Of a stretch of 64,000 nt of DNA, positions 43,690 through 55,753 are shown one piece after another. Source of the DNA: Lepidodermella squamata (taxonomy: Eukaryota; Animalia; Gastrotricha); contig JBLDXI010000019.1 of the NCBI GenBank assembly GCA_047495785.1, positions 620,001 through 684,000 on the forward strand, given 5' to 3'. The position numbers were made by a program, and so were the translations under genes. The first letter of the stretch is position 1; each line of letters begins with the position of its first letter. Below the pieces are notes generated by a model. The model saw only the letters and a program-made list of their open reading frames with translations. It was not told the DNA's origin and did no database searches.

Positions 43690-46371
43690 TTACTTTGGCC
43701 CCGCAGGAGGATCACATAGATCGGGAGTCTTCAGGCACTGTTTCGCGGAATCCCATCGCTTCGACTTGCAGTCGAACTCCAAAGCTTGAATAACATTCCT
43801 GATTCGAAAATCTTCCAACTTGCACTTGACCCCAAAAGCGTTGCAAACCTGTTGATCGTCGTATTTCGGCAACCCTTTCATCCTTTCAACAGCTGAATCT
43901 GGCTGCATCGCCATTTCTATCATTTCAGGCAAGCTGGCAATGCAGTTCAAACTACCCAGAGTCTTCAAGAATGCAGGGGTTAGGAACGCATCTGACTTCC
44001 ACGAGGAATTTCTAGCCCGAGCCAGTTTCACAACCATGTAAACCTCGTGAGCGTAAAGAGCTCGAAGAATCTTTGGCAGCGATTGGTATGACGTCAGCTT
44101 CCCAGATTTCGCCATCGCAACCATCGGGCCAATAAACCGCTGAACTCCTGTGTAACCAATGTTAAAACTAAGGCTTGGATTCTCGCTCGACTCCTTCTCT
44201 GCTATTTCAAGAGCTTTGAACACATTTTCAGCATATTCAACGTCAGAGTTCGATATGTCGACACTTCGAACGAGATGGCAGAAAGAGGTGATTGCAACTT
44301 CCAGCTTGTGTTCGTTGATTTCCTGGCAGAGCTTCCACACTCCAGCCGCCAGTGTTTGTGCATAACTGTCGGACGTATTTGAAACTTTGTTCCTCATACC
44401 CACAGAAGCGCAGTAATCCAGCAAGTTTGGCGCATGCTTCTGAAGGAACACCTGAATTCTTGAATCTTCGAAATACGGAATAACATTGGTAATCTTTTCG
44501 TTGGACTGCGGAACAGTCAAGTGCTGCCGGTTACCACTCTGCTTAGCCGCGACAATCAAATCCGAAATACTCATGTAACAGCCGGGGAAAATCCTGTCAG
44601 CCTGCCAATGGGACGGATCGATAAACTCGCCCATCGGTCCGTTGCAAGCAATGCCGACGATATTGATAAGCTCCAAAATTTCCATTCCCTCAAGTGTGTC
44701 GAAAATATCGGTATCACTGTGAAGCTCACACACAGCTTGGATGCCGGCTAGAGTCGTCGCAAAAGAGAAGAAAGAAGGCATGTGACCGCTGTCGTCGATG
44801 CCATCGAGTTCGGACAGGTTGTCATGCATAGCCTTGACTTCGTCGTGGAGATTTGCAATAATCTCGAGATCTTCAACTTCTATTTGGTCTTCCTCCTCAT
44901 TTTCTACTTCCCAAGGATACTTCGCACGAGATGCTGAGTATCCACTCGCCATTTGGTCCTGATACATCACCTGCTGTTGATAGCCATAATGCGGTTGTTG
45001 AACTGGAAATGGCGGTGGTGGAACTGGAAATTGAAGGGGAACGGGCGCTGCGAGCTGTTGTTGTTGAACGGGCATGGAGAGCTGTTGCTGTGGAATGGCG
45101 AACTGTTGCTGTTGGAGATAGGGATTGTAATGTTGATAGCCTTGTCGCTTCGAGGCTGCTTTCCGACTAGGAAATACCCCTTGTGACTTGTAACTCCTCG
45201 CCTGGGCGACTTGAGAGCTCTGCTGCATGTAGACAGCCTGCTGAGCTGCGCCAAGCACTCGAACACTGCTTTGAGTATTGAAAATCTGTCTGAATTTCGA
45301 GGCCTGGCCGGCAAAGTGTCGTCGCACTTTGTTCTTGTAGAGCGCCAGCCGTTTCCGATACTCCCCGCTTTCGTCTTCAGGAGGTAGGGTCTTCTGAAGA
45401 GCTCCGAAAAATTTGCTGAAGAATTCTTTCGCAGCTTTCACTTCCCGCTCAGCCTCGCGGAAGTTGACAACTTGCAGAGACTTGATTTTGAAAGCTAAGG
45501 CTCTGAGTTTCGAGTCGAAGATTTTGAAGTTTTCATAGTCAAGTTGACCAGCTTGTTCGATTTGAACCGGCTTGTCATTCGCCTTCAGATCTTCTGGCAT
45601 TTTGTCGAACCAGAAGACATTCTCTCCAAAAGCAAGGCGCACCTTATTGTGGCTTTTTAATGACCATGGTAGTAGTTTGACGCCATGAGTCGCGGTAAGG
45701 GTAGCCTCGCAATCGACCCCATCGTCGAGAAACAGCCCCGCTATTTGATCACACAGAGTGTGATCTGTCGTCGTCTGTGACGAAACATCGATTAATCCGC
45801 TTCTCAGTGAATCCTTGACATCGATGGTGCTGAACTGAAGTACACTAGCCAGACCGCGGGTGTCGGGTTGATTGTCGCTGGTGAAGTAACGGATCGCTTG
45901 AGAGTTGACAGCTCGTTGGGCGAAAACTGGAGCTAGCTCAGAAGCTTTTCGAACCGTAACCTCAATATCGTTCAATTCCCCGTCAGAGAAAGTCAAAATT
46001 CGAATAGGCATATTCTCGGGGAATGTTTCAACCAGTTTACCAAGTTCGTCAATGGCGTTGGACATGAAGGTGCCACCCATACTATGTAAGCCCAGGGTAG
46101 CAATATCATCTACGGTTGTTTGGTATAACTTGGCTGTTGATTCGAAGGTGATTAGCGAAATCGGATCTTTGCCGTTGTAACCAGCCATTTTCAGAGATTG
46201 AGGTACGACTCGTTCCGCTAATCGCTTCACATTTTCGCCCATAGATCCAGATATGTCCATAATAACGATGGTTGATATAACAGGAGCTCGCTCTACCTTC
46301 TCCGAGCGTTCGAATTCCATTTTTCCGACAAAACAGCCGTCGAAAACTGAATATACCTGCATAGCGGTCAT
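43690..46371 (-). CDS. Intronless 893-aa VWA-domain protein, copy 3
   Basis: Highly similar to copies 1 and 2, with a Q/P-rich (FPVPPPPFP) central segment. Confidence 0.9.
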   Translation of the reverse strand: MTAMQVYSVFDGCFVGKMEFERSEKVERAPVISTIVIMDISGSMGENVKRLAERVVPQSLKMAGYNGKDPISLITFESTAKLYQTTVDDIATLGLHSMGGTFMSNAIDELGKLVETFPENMPIRILTFSDGELNDIEVTVRKASELAPVFAQRAVNSQAIRYFTSDNQPDTRGLASVLQFSTIDVKDSLRSGLIDVSSQTTTDHTLCDQIAGLFLDDGVDCEATLTATHGVKLLPWSLKSHNKVRLAFGENVFWFDKMPEDLKANDKPVQIEQAGQLDYENFKIFDSKLRALAFKIKSLQVVNFREAEREVKAAKEFFSKFFGALQKTLPPEDESGEYRKRLALYKNKVRRHFAGQASKFRQIFNTQSSVRVLGAAQQAVYMQQSSQVAQARSYKSQGVFPSRKAASKRQGYQHYNPYLQQQQFAIPQQQLSMPVQQQQLAAPVPLQFPVPPPPFPVQQPHYGYQQQVMYQDQMASGYSASRAKYPWEVENEEEDQIEVEDLEIIANLHDEVKAMHDNLSELDGIDDSGHMPSFFSFATTLAGIQAVCELHSDTDIFDTLEGMEILELINIVGIACNGPMGEFIDPSHWQADRIFPGCYMSISDLIVAAKQSGNRQHLTVPQSNEKITNVIPYFEDSRIQVFLQKHAPNLLDYCASVGMRNKVSNTSDSYAQTLAAGVWKLCQEINEHKLEVAITSFCHLVRSVDISNSDVEYAENVFKALEIAEKESSENPSLSFNIGYTGVQRFIGPMVAMAKSGKLTSYQSLPKILRALYAHEVYMVVKLARARNSSWKSDAFLTPAFLKTLGSLNCIASLPEMIEMAMQPDSAVERMKGLPKYDDQQVCNAFGVKCKLEDFRIRNVIQALEFDCKSKRWDSAKQCLKTPDLCDPPAGPK

Positions 46372-48110
46372 TTTAGTATTGGTTCAATGTTTAGCGAGAA
46401 TAAAAAGCGTAAAAAGTGATAGTGTAAAACTCGTCTCAATGCAAATGTGGGGATGTGCCCAGCCACACACACACTTATGTAGGGCGTGCATTTCTTTATC
46501 GTAAATGAAAGATGAATCATGAACACGAGGCATTGAGTCACTTTTCAAATGAAGCTACAATCCTTATCTTGTGACCGATAGCCGCAGCGGAGATACAGAC
46601 TGAAAGTGGTGAACATCCCACATCCCGCATCTGCCGTAGACCGGATCTTGACAGAGGAAAAGTCGAAATTCTTCAAAATCGAAAACTGATTTCAAAATTC
46701 CAATGAATTTTATAGCGTTGCGTTGAAATTTAAAAGAAAGCAAAAAATTATCCATCATTAACATCGCACGCAATCGATATTTTCAGTCACGCGAGCGCTC
46801 TTCAACAAACCCTTTATCAGATTTTTCGAACCAAGGGCCATAGATCTTTTCTGTAGCTGTTAAATACCTCGGCACAAGAGATATGTTCTGTTGTCGTGTT
46901 CAGTGTTAGCAGTTTATTGAGCTCTGGCGATTTATATACCCAGTTTTTATTGACCGACCGAGCAGTAAATTCCCGATTAATCGATACGCCTCCAGGGCAT
47001 GAAAATAGCGAGTGTGAATCGGTTAGCCAGCAGCCAACGCATTGGACCCAAGAGACCAAAGCGCCGCTTTATGGCACCTATTACAGTATTCAATGTCAAA
47101 ATATGGCCGAACTTACTTCTATTTGCCCACATAATGAGGACTGAGTTATTCATCGTTGAACACATCTCAGACGTAAATACTCCCTAATACAATTATGCAA
47201 ATTTGTTAATGCTTTAATAATAGGACGTTGAACTCGCAGAATAAACTATTTTATTTCGCGTCATTTTTTTTATATATATAACATCTTCCCAACAATCATT
47301 AGAGGGTCATGGTAACAGCCGAGCATTTTTCTCCGGTTTATTGCCTTTCATCTCAACCGTGTCGACAGCAGAGCTCTCGCGATATCAGGTTCAGGGAAAG
47401 CAACACACAAGGCCTGATCGGTTTTTTATTATAGCTGCCGTATAATAATCTCGCTTGTTTTTCGACGCGAGCGCAGATGCAAAAAAAATACCGCTTCAGA
47501 CACTATGTTACCAGGGAAGATCCTTGTTTTTGCTGTTATTTAGCTTTCATGACCAGTAGCGAAGGCCGGTTATTGTAATAAAGCGATAGGTACTTATATA
47601 GCTAACTATTCTCGGCTGAATTGTCTTTATTCTAGCATGCGATTGCGTTTTATCTAAGATAACATCGCTCTTGAAATTATTACCTGATATTATCCCCTGA
47701 TTTTATTCTAAATTTTTATGCATGAGCAGGAAGCTGTGTTATACCGGTTGAGAATATAATATACGACGGAAGGGGGTAATTTCCAGAAAATCTCAGCAGT
47801 CATACTTATTCTTGTACTTTAATACTATTTGTACACGACCGCAGACAATATAATCGCAGTATTGCGCATTTTTTCTCTCTAAACCGAAATCCAAATTTAA
47901 TCAGTTCTTCATGGATTCTTGCATACATAATACCCACGCGTTGGCTCAAGACAAAGAAAAAACTTAATCATCAAATCGATATACTTACCAGTCGATTCTT
48001 TTCCAATCCTGTAGTATTAGGACTTATATGATTTTTCTTACCTATTTTATGCGAGAGGCGTTTCATCTTCTCATGCTCGCTATTGCCGAAGATCCGAAGA
48101 ACTGCTGACA

Positions 48111-50035
48111 ATGCCTGGATTGGCCGTAGTTACCTTCCTTCTACTGTTTGCTTCCGGATGTTGGGCTCAACAACGCCAGGCCTTTAAAAGTATTGACAAT
48201 GAGGCGAATAATTTAGGATCAGGGGATCATATCCCGGCGTTGGCAAAATCGTTGCCAGATTGCGAAGATTTTGGCGGCATTTCAGAAGGCGCCATAGTTG
48301 GGTTCATTATGGATCGACCTAATAATACTTACGCGAAAACGCATCGACCAGTTGCGGACGCTAGACGGCCTGTTGTCGTTAAAATGGGCCTTCGACTTCT
48401 CGGAATTCAAGACTTCGTGAGTTGGGCATAATTACTAAAATTTAAAAAAATAAGCTGATTATTTTATAGATTGAGCGAGAGAACAGCTTAATTCTCAACG
48501 CCTTCCTCACCTTGGTAAATTGGCTAACGTTTTTTTAATTTTTAATTTCCAATTTTTCTCATCAGAATTGGATGGACGAAGGCGTCATTTGGAATAACTG
48601 TAAGACCTTTCCACCGAATAACGCACGCAGACGAATCATAAAATTCAATAATTTTAGCATTTCCAGAAAAATGCATTTCTTCCGTATCGATACCAGCAAA
48701 TATGCTGTGGTTGCCGGATATAATCCTCCTTAACTCAGCAAAGTGAGCGAAATCGATTTTTTTAATTGATGACCTAAATATTGGTTTTCAGCCGGGCGGA
48801 TGGCGGCTACTCAATTTTATCTGACGCTGGCTCAAGTAAAGGAATGAGAGTCATTCTCAGCTCAGACGGGTCTGTCGATATCGAGCCTTTAACCCGTTTA
48901 GCTGTGAGCTGTGGTGAGAATTGAAACGGAATTTTTTCAACCCTTGCTATCAATTGTCTTTTCGACCTAGATATTGACTTGCTGTTTTTTCCGTTCGATT
49001 CTCAGAAGTGCCAAATTCGGTTTGAATCATGGGTCTATCCTCGGGCTTTACAGCGGCTGGAAGTTTTTAGCGAGCCTTTCATTAGAAATCCGAAGATGTG
49101 GACCGAAAATGAGCACTGGTTGGTAACAGGAAACAAGACAATTACCGGTTTCGATTCCTATCTTGACGGTAATAAATGATTTTTATTCGGAAAATTATGT
49201 ATAATTATTTTTGATTAGGATCAGCTTATGACTACGTAATTTTCGAGCTGCATATTCGGCGAAAGGCTCTTTTCTTCTACGTCAACATCATCATTCCGTG
49301 CCTCGTAATTTCCGTCGTAGAAATCGTCATTTTCGCACTGCCGATTGTCGAAGTCATAAAACTTCACATCTCGTAAAAAAATGAGGAAATAATACGAAAT
49401 AATTTTTATTAATATTTATTTCAGGTTTACTTGCCTCCTAGCCTATACTGTCTTTCAAACAATGTCAATATCAGACATGCCTAAATCCGGTGACTCAGTC
49501 TCGCTTCTCAGCATGTATATCGCCGCCGGCCAGGGCAACATTTCAATGGCTCTTTTCGGCGAAGCTCTAGCCTTCATTTTGATATCTAAAGCTCAGATGA
49601 AGAAGCAACAGGTTCCGCCGCGGCTCATGACCTTCGCCACCAGGGTCGGCCGGCTCATTTTCGTCGATTATTGGTCGACACAGCCAGAAGACGCTCAGGC
49701 GAAATCAAGCGAAAGCGATCAAGCAGCTGTTTCTGAGGAAGCGATCGTACCTTTAAAATCGGAGGAGAATAATCATCAAAATTGCAAAAAACGACACGGT
49801 TTCCACTCGCACCCAGACCATCCCTGCCATACAAAGAATTCAAGGTGACATTTTAGCAATACATCCGTCTAATCTAATTGATTTGTTTAGGAGATTTATT
49901 TTGAATGGCTACGACAACGAATGGCTTTATATCGCTGAGGTTGTCGATAGGTTGACCTGCATTTTCTACGTCTTGGCAATTATTATTACACCATTCACTG
50001 TTTTCGTCATCATCCCAGCCGTTTTGGAAGCGTGA
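48111..50035 (+). CDS. Cys-loop ligand-gated ion channel subunit, nicotinic-receptor-like, non-alpha; multi-exon
   Basis: Signal peptide, HRPV, WLPDIILLNS, Cys-loop SCDIDLLFFPFDSQKC, ESWVY, HIRRKALFFYVNIIIPC (TM1), TM2/TM3, EWLYIAEVVDRL (TM4). No vicinal Cys in loop C. Confidence 0.9.
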
Positions 50036-50388
50036 CCCAGATATGAGCATCAAACCAATTTATTACTGCCTTGACCTAATTTTCAGTAACGCATTCCGAA
50101 CGAAAAAAAAGCAAAAAAATTACGACTATTTTTATTACTGTTGAAACTTTCACGTTTGCTATTGAAGTTTTTAATCATTTCTGCATCCTGACGTGTGATC
50201 ATCACCATTTTAGCCCTGTGTCTGAATGCTCGATTTTCATCAAACCAAAAAAACCGGTGGCCTTATATAGCAAAACTGTTCGTTATTGTTGATTGCTTGT
50301 TTGTTTTTATTGCGATGAAAATAACAATAAAAATCAGGAATTTAGCGTTGTATTACTTTTTCGAGATTAATCAAATTAAAACAAAAGA

Positions 50389-51146
50389 TTAAGGCAATCT
50401 CATTATCAGAATGACGGTCCTTTTATGCCTTCGAAAAACTCCTTGACCGCTCCGATGCCCGTGTTGAACCTGGACATATATCGATGAGAAAAATGTTAGG
50501 AATAGGAAAAATCGATTTACCCTTGTCGTGTTTTTTCGCCAGCTCCCCTTGACTTTTCCTCGATCGGGTTCATTGTCGAGCCTTCTGGTAGGTAGGTCCA
50601 GCTTGGGTACATCAGAAGGCTGCTAGTGTCCGGCTGGCCGTATGTAGTACGACTACTCGGCAAGGGGTAACTTTCATAACCTGAAGTAAGGCCATAGTAG
50701 GGCAGTTGAGTAGCCATCGACCGAAGAGCAGCTTGAGATACGAAAATGGGAGGGGCTACGTAAACGCCTTTCTTCTCGTCTCGAACAATGACATCCATTT
50801 GTTGAACAGGCATTCTGATAACAGGGCGTTCTATCGAAGGGGCAATCGGCGACTGTTTTGGGCTTGGAAGATCAGGGGTCAAGTCAATGTCGGTGCCGTA
50901 AGTTCTCAGAGATTCGAGGTCTTTTTGGTCTAATTCGGGCTCCAATGGTATCGTCGAATAGGGCTTTTTGCCGCTTGCCTCGTCAGCCACTGGCTTTTCC
51001 AACGGTACTAAAGGAAATCCTAAGCCATTCGCAAGTTATCATATTACCTGAAATTTCAAGAGCTGATAGAGCTTACCTTGAGAACATTTGAAGTCAATAA
51101 CAATTAGGTAAAAAACTGCTAAGATGTAAAATTTTGAGGCAGACAT
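50389..51146 (-). CDS. Small secreted protein of unknown function; 3 exons
   Basis: MSASKFYILAVFYLIVIDFKCSQG signal-like exon, intron, P/S/Y-rich exon (ORF 50517-51002), intron, then GFNTGIGAVKEFFEGIKRTVILIMRLP*. Confidence 0.55.
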
Positions 51147-51379
51147 GTTGAATGTTGGGTTCTACTGTTTTTCTTTATTTAGTAAAATGAATTTAAAACT
51201 AAATTCTAATTTCGCCTTCATTCCATTACCAAAATTCAAAACTACGCGATGGAATTGTTTCGAACCATTAAAATCGAAGATTATGAAATGTCAGCGTTTT
51301 ATTTAAAAAATGAGAAATTGAAAAATCATCAGCGGGAGAAAAACAGGGCAAACTCAAGTCGACAACTACGGAAAAAGTG

Positions 51380-51789
51380 TCAAGCAGCTACAGCATTTGA
51401 GTGTTCGAGTTCGGTCAGAAATGCCAGAGCTCGAATGCGGGTATGTAACCTCCACTGTTCGAAATCCAAATCACCCGTTTCGTTGAGATTTTCTGGTACC
51501 GAGTCGCCGTAGAGCCGCGAGTTAATCGAGGACTTGACAGCGAGTAACATCGAAAATAGGAGCGGTAGAAATACGATGATGAGGCTAACAACGAGGAATA
51601 GCACCTCGAAAACTGCTAGAAACCATACAGCCGACCAGCAGAATTTCGCCAGGTAATGAATAACAGCATCGATATTATAAATCGCCAGTCCAACAGTAAC
51701 AGCAAACAGTAGGATCTATAGCTACATAACATGAAAACTTGGCCAAGAGTTCAATGGCAAGCGCGAACCTTTTGAATTGGCGTGCTCAT
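51380..51789 (-). CDS. Small membrane protein of unknown function; 2 exons
   Basis: MSTPIQK, intron, then ILLFAVTVGLAIYNIDAVIHYLAKFCWSAVWFLAVFEVLFLVVSLIIVFLPLLFSMLLAVK...: long hydrophobic N-half and polar tail. Confidence 0.55.
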
Positions 51790-54700
51790 TAATCGATGGC
51801 GGAAAAACATTAAAATTGAAACCACACCAGGAAAAGAAAAATTAAAACAGGTGTGGAAATGAAAGCCACACCCAGCAGCTTGAGCTTTGGGTTTTGAAAT
51901 TTTTATCAAGTCTATGTTTAGCTTGTATCGATGTACAAACTGCGCCAGCTTGGCGAGTGTTCTGCTCTGGAACCAGCTTGGTAACTCGATCTTAAAACTC
52001 CAGAAATTCATCTCAAAATTTCCTATCTTATTTCCCAATTTTCAACATTCTCGACCTTGAGGCGAACTGTGGTAGGTATAGCTCATTTTCTTATTCATAA
52101 TTATTTTGCTTCGTATCGAAAAGCGCAAAGCGGTTGACGGAAAAGAATACTTAAAAATTCATAGAACAAAAGAGTCTGTATTTGCTGATTAAATCAGGTT
52201 GTTAAATCATTCTCGTACAACAAAAGATGAAAGTTTTTATTTTTGCAATCGCAACGGCGTTTGTTGTCCCAATCAATACAACAACAATTCACCGATTTGA
52301 GTAGGGTATATATGCAGGTAAAGAGGCGAAATAATAGGAATCAAGCGTACGAGTTTTCGCGACACAGCAAAAGGAGCCTAATTCTGCCCTTCCGCCTTCT
52401 TTTGTTTATTCTAGGTCGGCAACACTGCTGCTGGGTCAGTAATAATATTAATAATAATATCGCGCCGCGCCCTACTTACAATTGTCGATCGATATCATTA
52501 AGGCGGCTGTTAAAAGTCTGCTGCCAAAAATCGAGTTTACACGTTAGGGCAAACCACTTGGCGTCTCTCGCATTGTAGCCAAACGCTGAATTATTTGTTT
52601 GCACGCGTGCTTGTTGCACTCGCTCGACAGGCGTCGCCTTCCCGTAGGTGCGAAATATGTGAACATGCAGAGAGGGACGGGGGGAGGGGGCGCCCTCTAC
52701 CAGCCCACGCGCCTATTTTTCCACCGCCGCCACCGCCAGCCAATTATACTCATTTCATACCATATAGGCTTGTCACTTGATTTTTCAGCCCACAGTATAA
52801 TTGTTTATGATCTTTTGTAGCCCAACCCACTCGCTGTTTTTGTGTTTGCATTGATGTTGTTTCGAGACGAGACTCGGCGTCGCAATTCACCTCGTAAAAA
52901 TAAAGGCACTGATCGCAAATGTCACACAAAAACAATGACAAACGCTATTCATGTCCAGTGCCCTTCATCTGATGATATTTTCCCCCGGCTGTTAGGTAAT
53001 ATCTCGGTCAATGTTTACCTACCTGACTATACGACGAGATTTCCCTGCAGCTCACGTTCAAGTTATTACTATTATTATTATTGCGTTAATATATTAATAA
53101 ATTAAACAACGTGACCCGGGTGTGTCTTGGAGCCCGGATGGGCGCCTCTTTCTAATCACGCCGCAGCTATGTGAGCAACAACACCTTGCTTGTTGTAATA
53201 ACAATAACATTGTCGAGGAAATTGTTGTGCTGCTCAGCATGTGTATGTGTTTGCTCGCCGTTTACCTGATTACTCGCGCCGCCGCTGGCCGACAACGTGC
53301 AATAAATGCGCACGTCAATTGCTGCCGGGGTCATCGTCGCCCTCTCGCCTTGCGGTCAAGTCGGCCCGGCCTCTAATAATAACGAACAACTGACAACGCG
53401 CGTACGTTGTAAAGGTCTCTCGCGCGCGCTCAGCTCGTCCTTCCTTTTACGCTGCCCCACCCCCATCTCGTTGCTTTTCACTTGTTTTCACACATGGATG
53501 ATTCAACAACTGTTTTCATACATATACCTGACATGTTTTGACTATCCAGTCAAGTATTTGCAACAACAAAGCTATAGAACTTTGAATTTTACGAAAAATC
53601 AAGCTTTTCGTTAAACCACCTTAATTTTCGAAAGAGGTTGAAATTCCCTGGAAAAACTAAGTAATTAGGCAGATCTTTCTTTGATGTTCCTTCCAATCGT
53701 ATTTTACAGATTTTATCTCAGATTTTACTCGATTTTCGGCCCGCATAAGTACGAATTGAACTCCGGCGAATTTTGTCGCAAATATTTACTTGTTTTCGGA
53801 AAAGCTCCATCGGCGGCACAAAAATATCCTGCGGTACAACATTTTTAGAGTCATTTATTTACCAATAAGTGTACACAGTATACTTCACTTCCTAATGCAC
53901 CAAATTTCCCTCATTTTTCGAGAGATTTACTTATGGCTTAATTTTGTCTTTTTTTGTTTTGATGAGATCACGAGTGCAACTCCATTTCCGATTTGACTTC
54001 AATTATTCAAGCAGAAAAATATTTTTATTTTTTTCCCGGATTGTATATTTGCTTGACTTTTACAGTAATTCAATTTTACGAGTTACCTATCCACTCGCTA
54101 CTCAAATTGTAGTAACAATAATGAATGATTTGTTGATAAATAATAAAGCGCGTTAATTTGCATCCGAATTAATTTACGTGAGCGCAGCTATATATTGTTA
54201 CGTTTTTGCAAAAGCGGCGTATAAACAAAACGCAAGTGGGCCATTTCTTATAAAATATGCACACCCAGGCACTTATTCGCACCTGGTTGTTTGCCGTGTT
54301 TGACTGTTGACTGCTGCGCGTTTTATTGCAGCAGCAGCAGCCGAAAGTCTCGGAAGCGATACTACACAAGTTTCACCTAATATTGGAGTTGTCGCGCTGG
54401 ATCGCGCGCGCGCGCATTTTCTCGCGCTTTTTAAGGCGGCGCCGTTTTATTGCGCACACGCGTTTAATTATTACTACGACGCGCCGCGCATACCAAAAAG
54501 CCGTTAATCGTTTCAATTCGACTAACCGCCCGGCTGTTTGTGCGTTATCAGCGTGTCTGGTTTCTCGCGACGGTTTTGATTCATTTGACTTGAATAAGTA
54601 TACACTAGGTATAAGGCGGTAATGGCTGGCTAATAGTAATAATAGTATAATATCACCAGCAGGTGTATAGTAGGAATAACAACATGTATGATTTCATTAG

Positions 54701-55753
54701 CTGTATGTATGAGACAGCGACGCACAAATGAGCGCGTCAAAGCGGCGCGCGGTTGCACGACCGGGCGTTTTCGCGCGCCAAGACGCGCCCGCATTTTATT
54801 GCGCGCTAATAATATTTTCCGCGCCCGCATGTAATAATTATTTCTTGCGCGCGCGCGTGAACGAGCGGTAGCGGCAGTATAAGCGCTATATATACCTGTG
54901 CCTAGTTTTCTCGATGGCGTATTATTATATTCAGTTAGGTGGGTAATAATAACAATAAAATGCCAAGTAATAATAACACACAAACAACGCTGCGACAATT
55001 TTGCGCGTCATCAGCAGTCGTTCGTTTGTCATTTGTTTCCGCGGGCGCGCGAGCGAGCCTGGTCCCAGCGTAGCCAGTACTATACAACTGCAATACCTGT
55101 GCGGTGAATGAATAGCCTCGGCCGCTCCCGTGTCTCCCGTGCGCCTAGTAATAAAGCCTTTTCGCCTTTATTAAAGTAATCTATAATAAATGTAGAGAAA
55201 ACGCACGACGATTACGCGCGCTTCATATTTTTAGCGCACCCTAACCCGCGCGCATTGTTGATTAGCGTCAAAATACCGTGCGCGCTATCGCATGGATTTT
55301 TCATATAATATATAGTAAAAAGCTTGGATTTTGCGCGCAAGACGCTTCGAGCGGTGGCCCTAGTGGCGTAAACAAAAGAGACAAAACCGCCAACCAACGG
55401 GACTCTTTATCATCATCATCCATCAGAGAGTGCCGATCGGCCATAACCAAACTTCCTTTGTTGTTTAGGCACACGGGCGAGGTTGTAAAAATAGAACGCA
55501 TAAATAATTGCCGAGTAGGCATGCATGCTTGCTAAGCGCTTCATCCGCGTTGATTAATCTCGATGCGAAACAATCATTGCATTTCGCGCTCGTTTTTAAT
55601 AAAACTTTTTCCCGCCCTCCTCCACCGCCTCCCTCCCGCTCGCCAACACCCGAATGTGTCAACAACACAGATCGGCGCTCTTTTTGCGCGCCTATTTATT
55701 TTCGGGTGGTCAAAGGCGCAGTTGATCATTGTAGCAGTATAATGTATTCGCAG

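Noticed and set aside
22494-46504. Recurrent plus-strand ORFs antisense to the three VWA genes
   Set aside because: Their recurrence simply mirrors the high identity of the sense genes.
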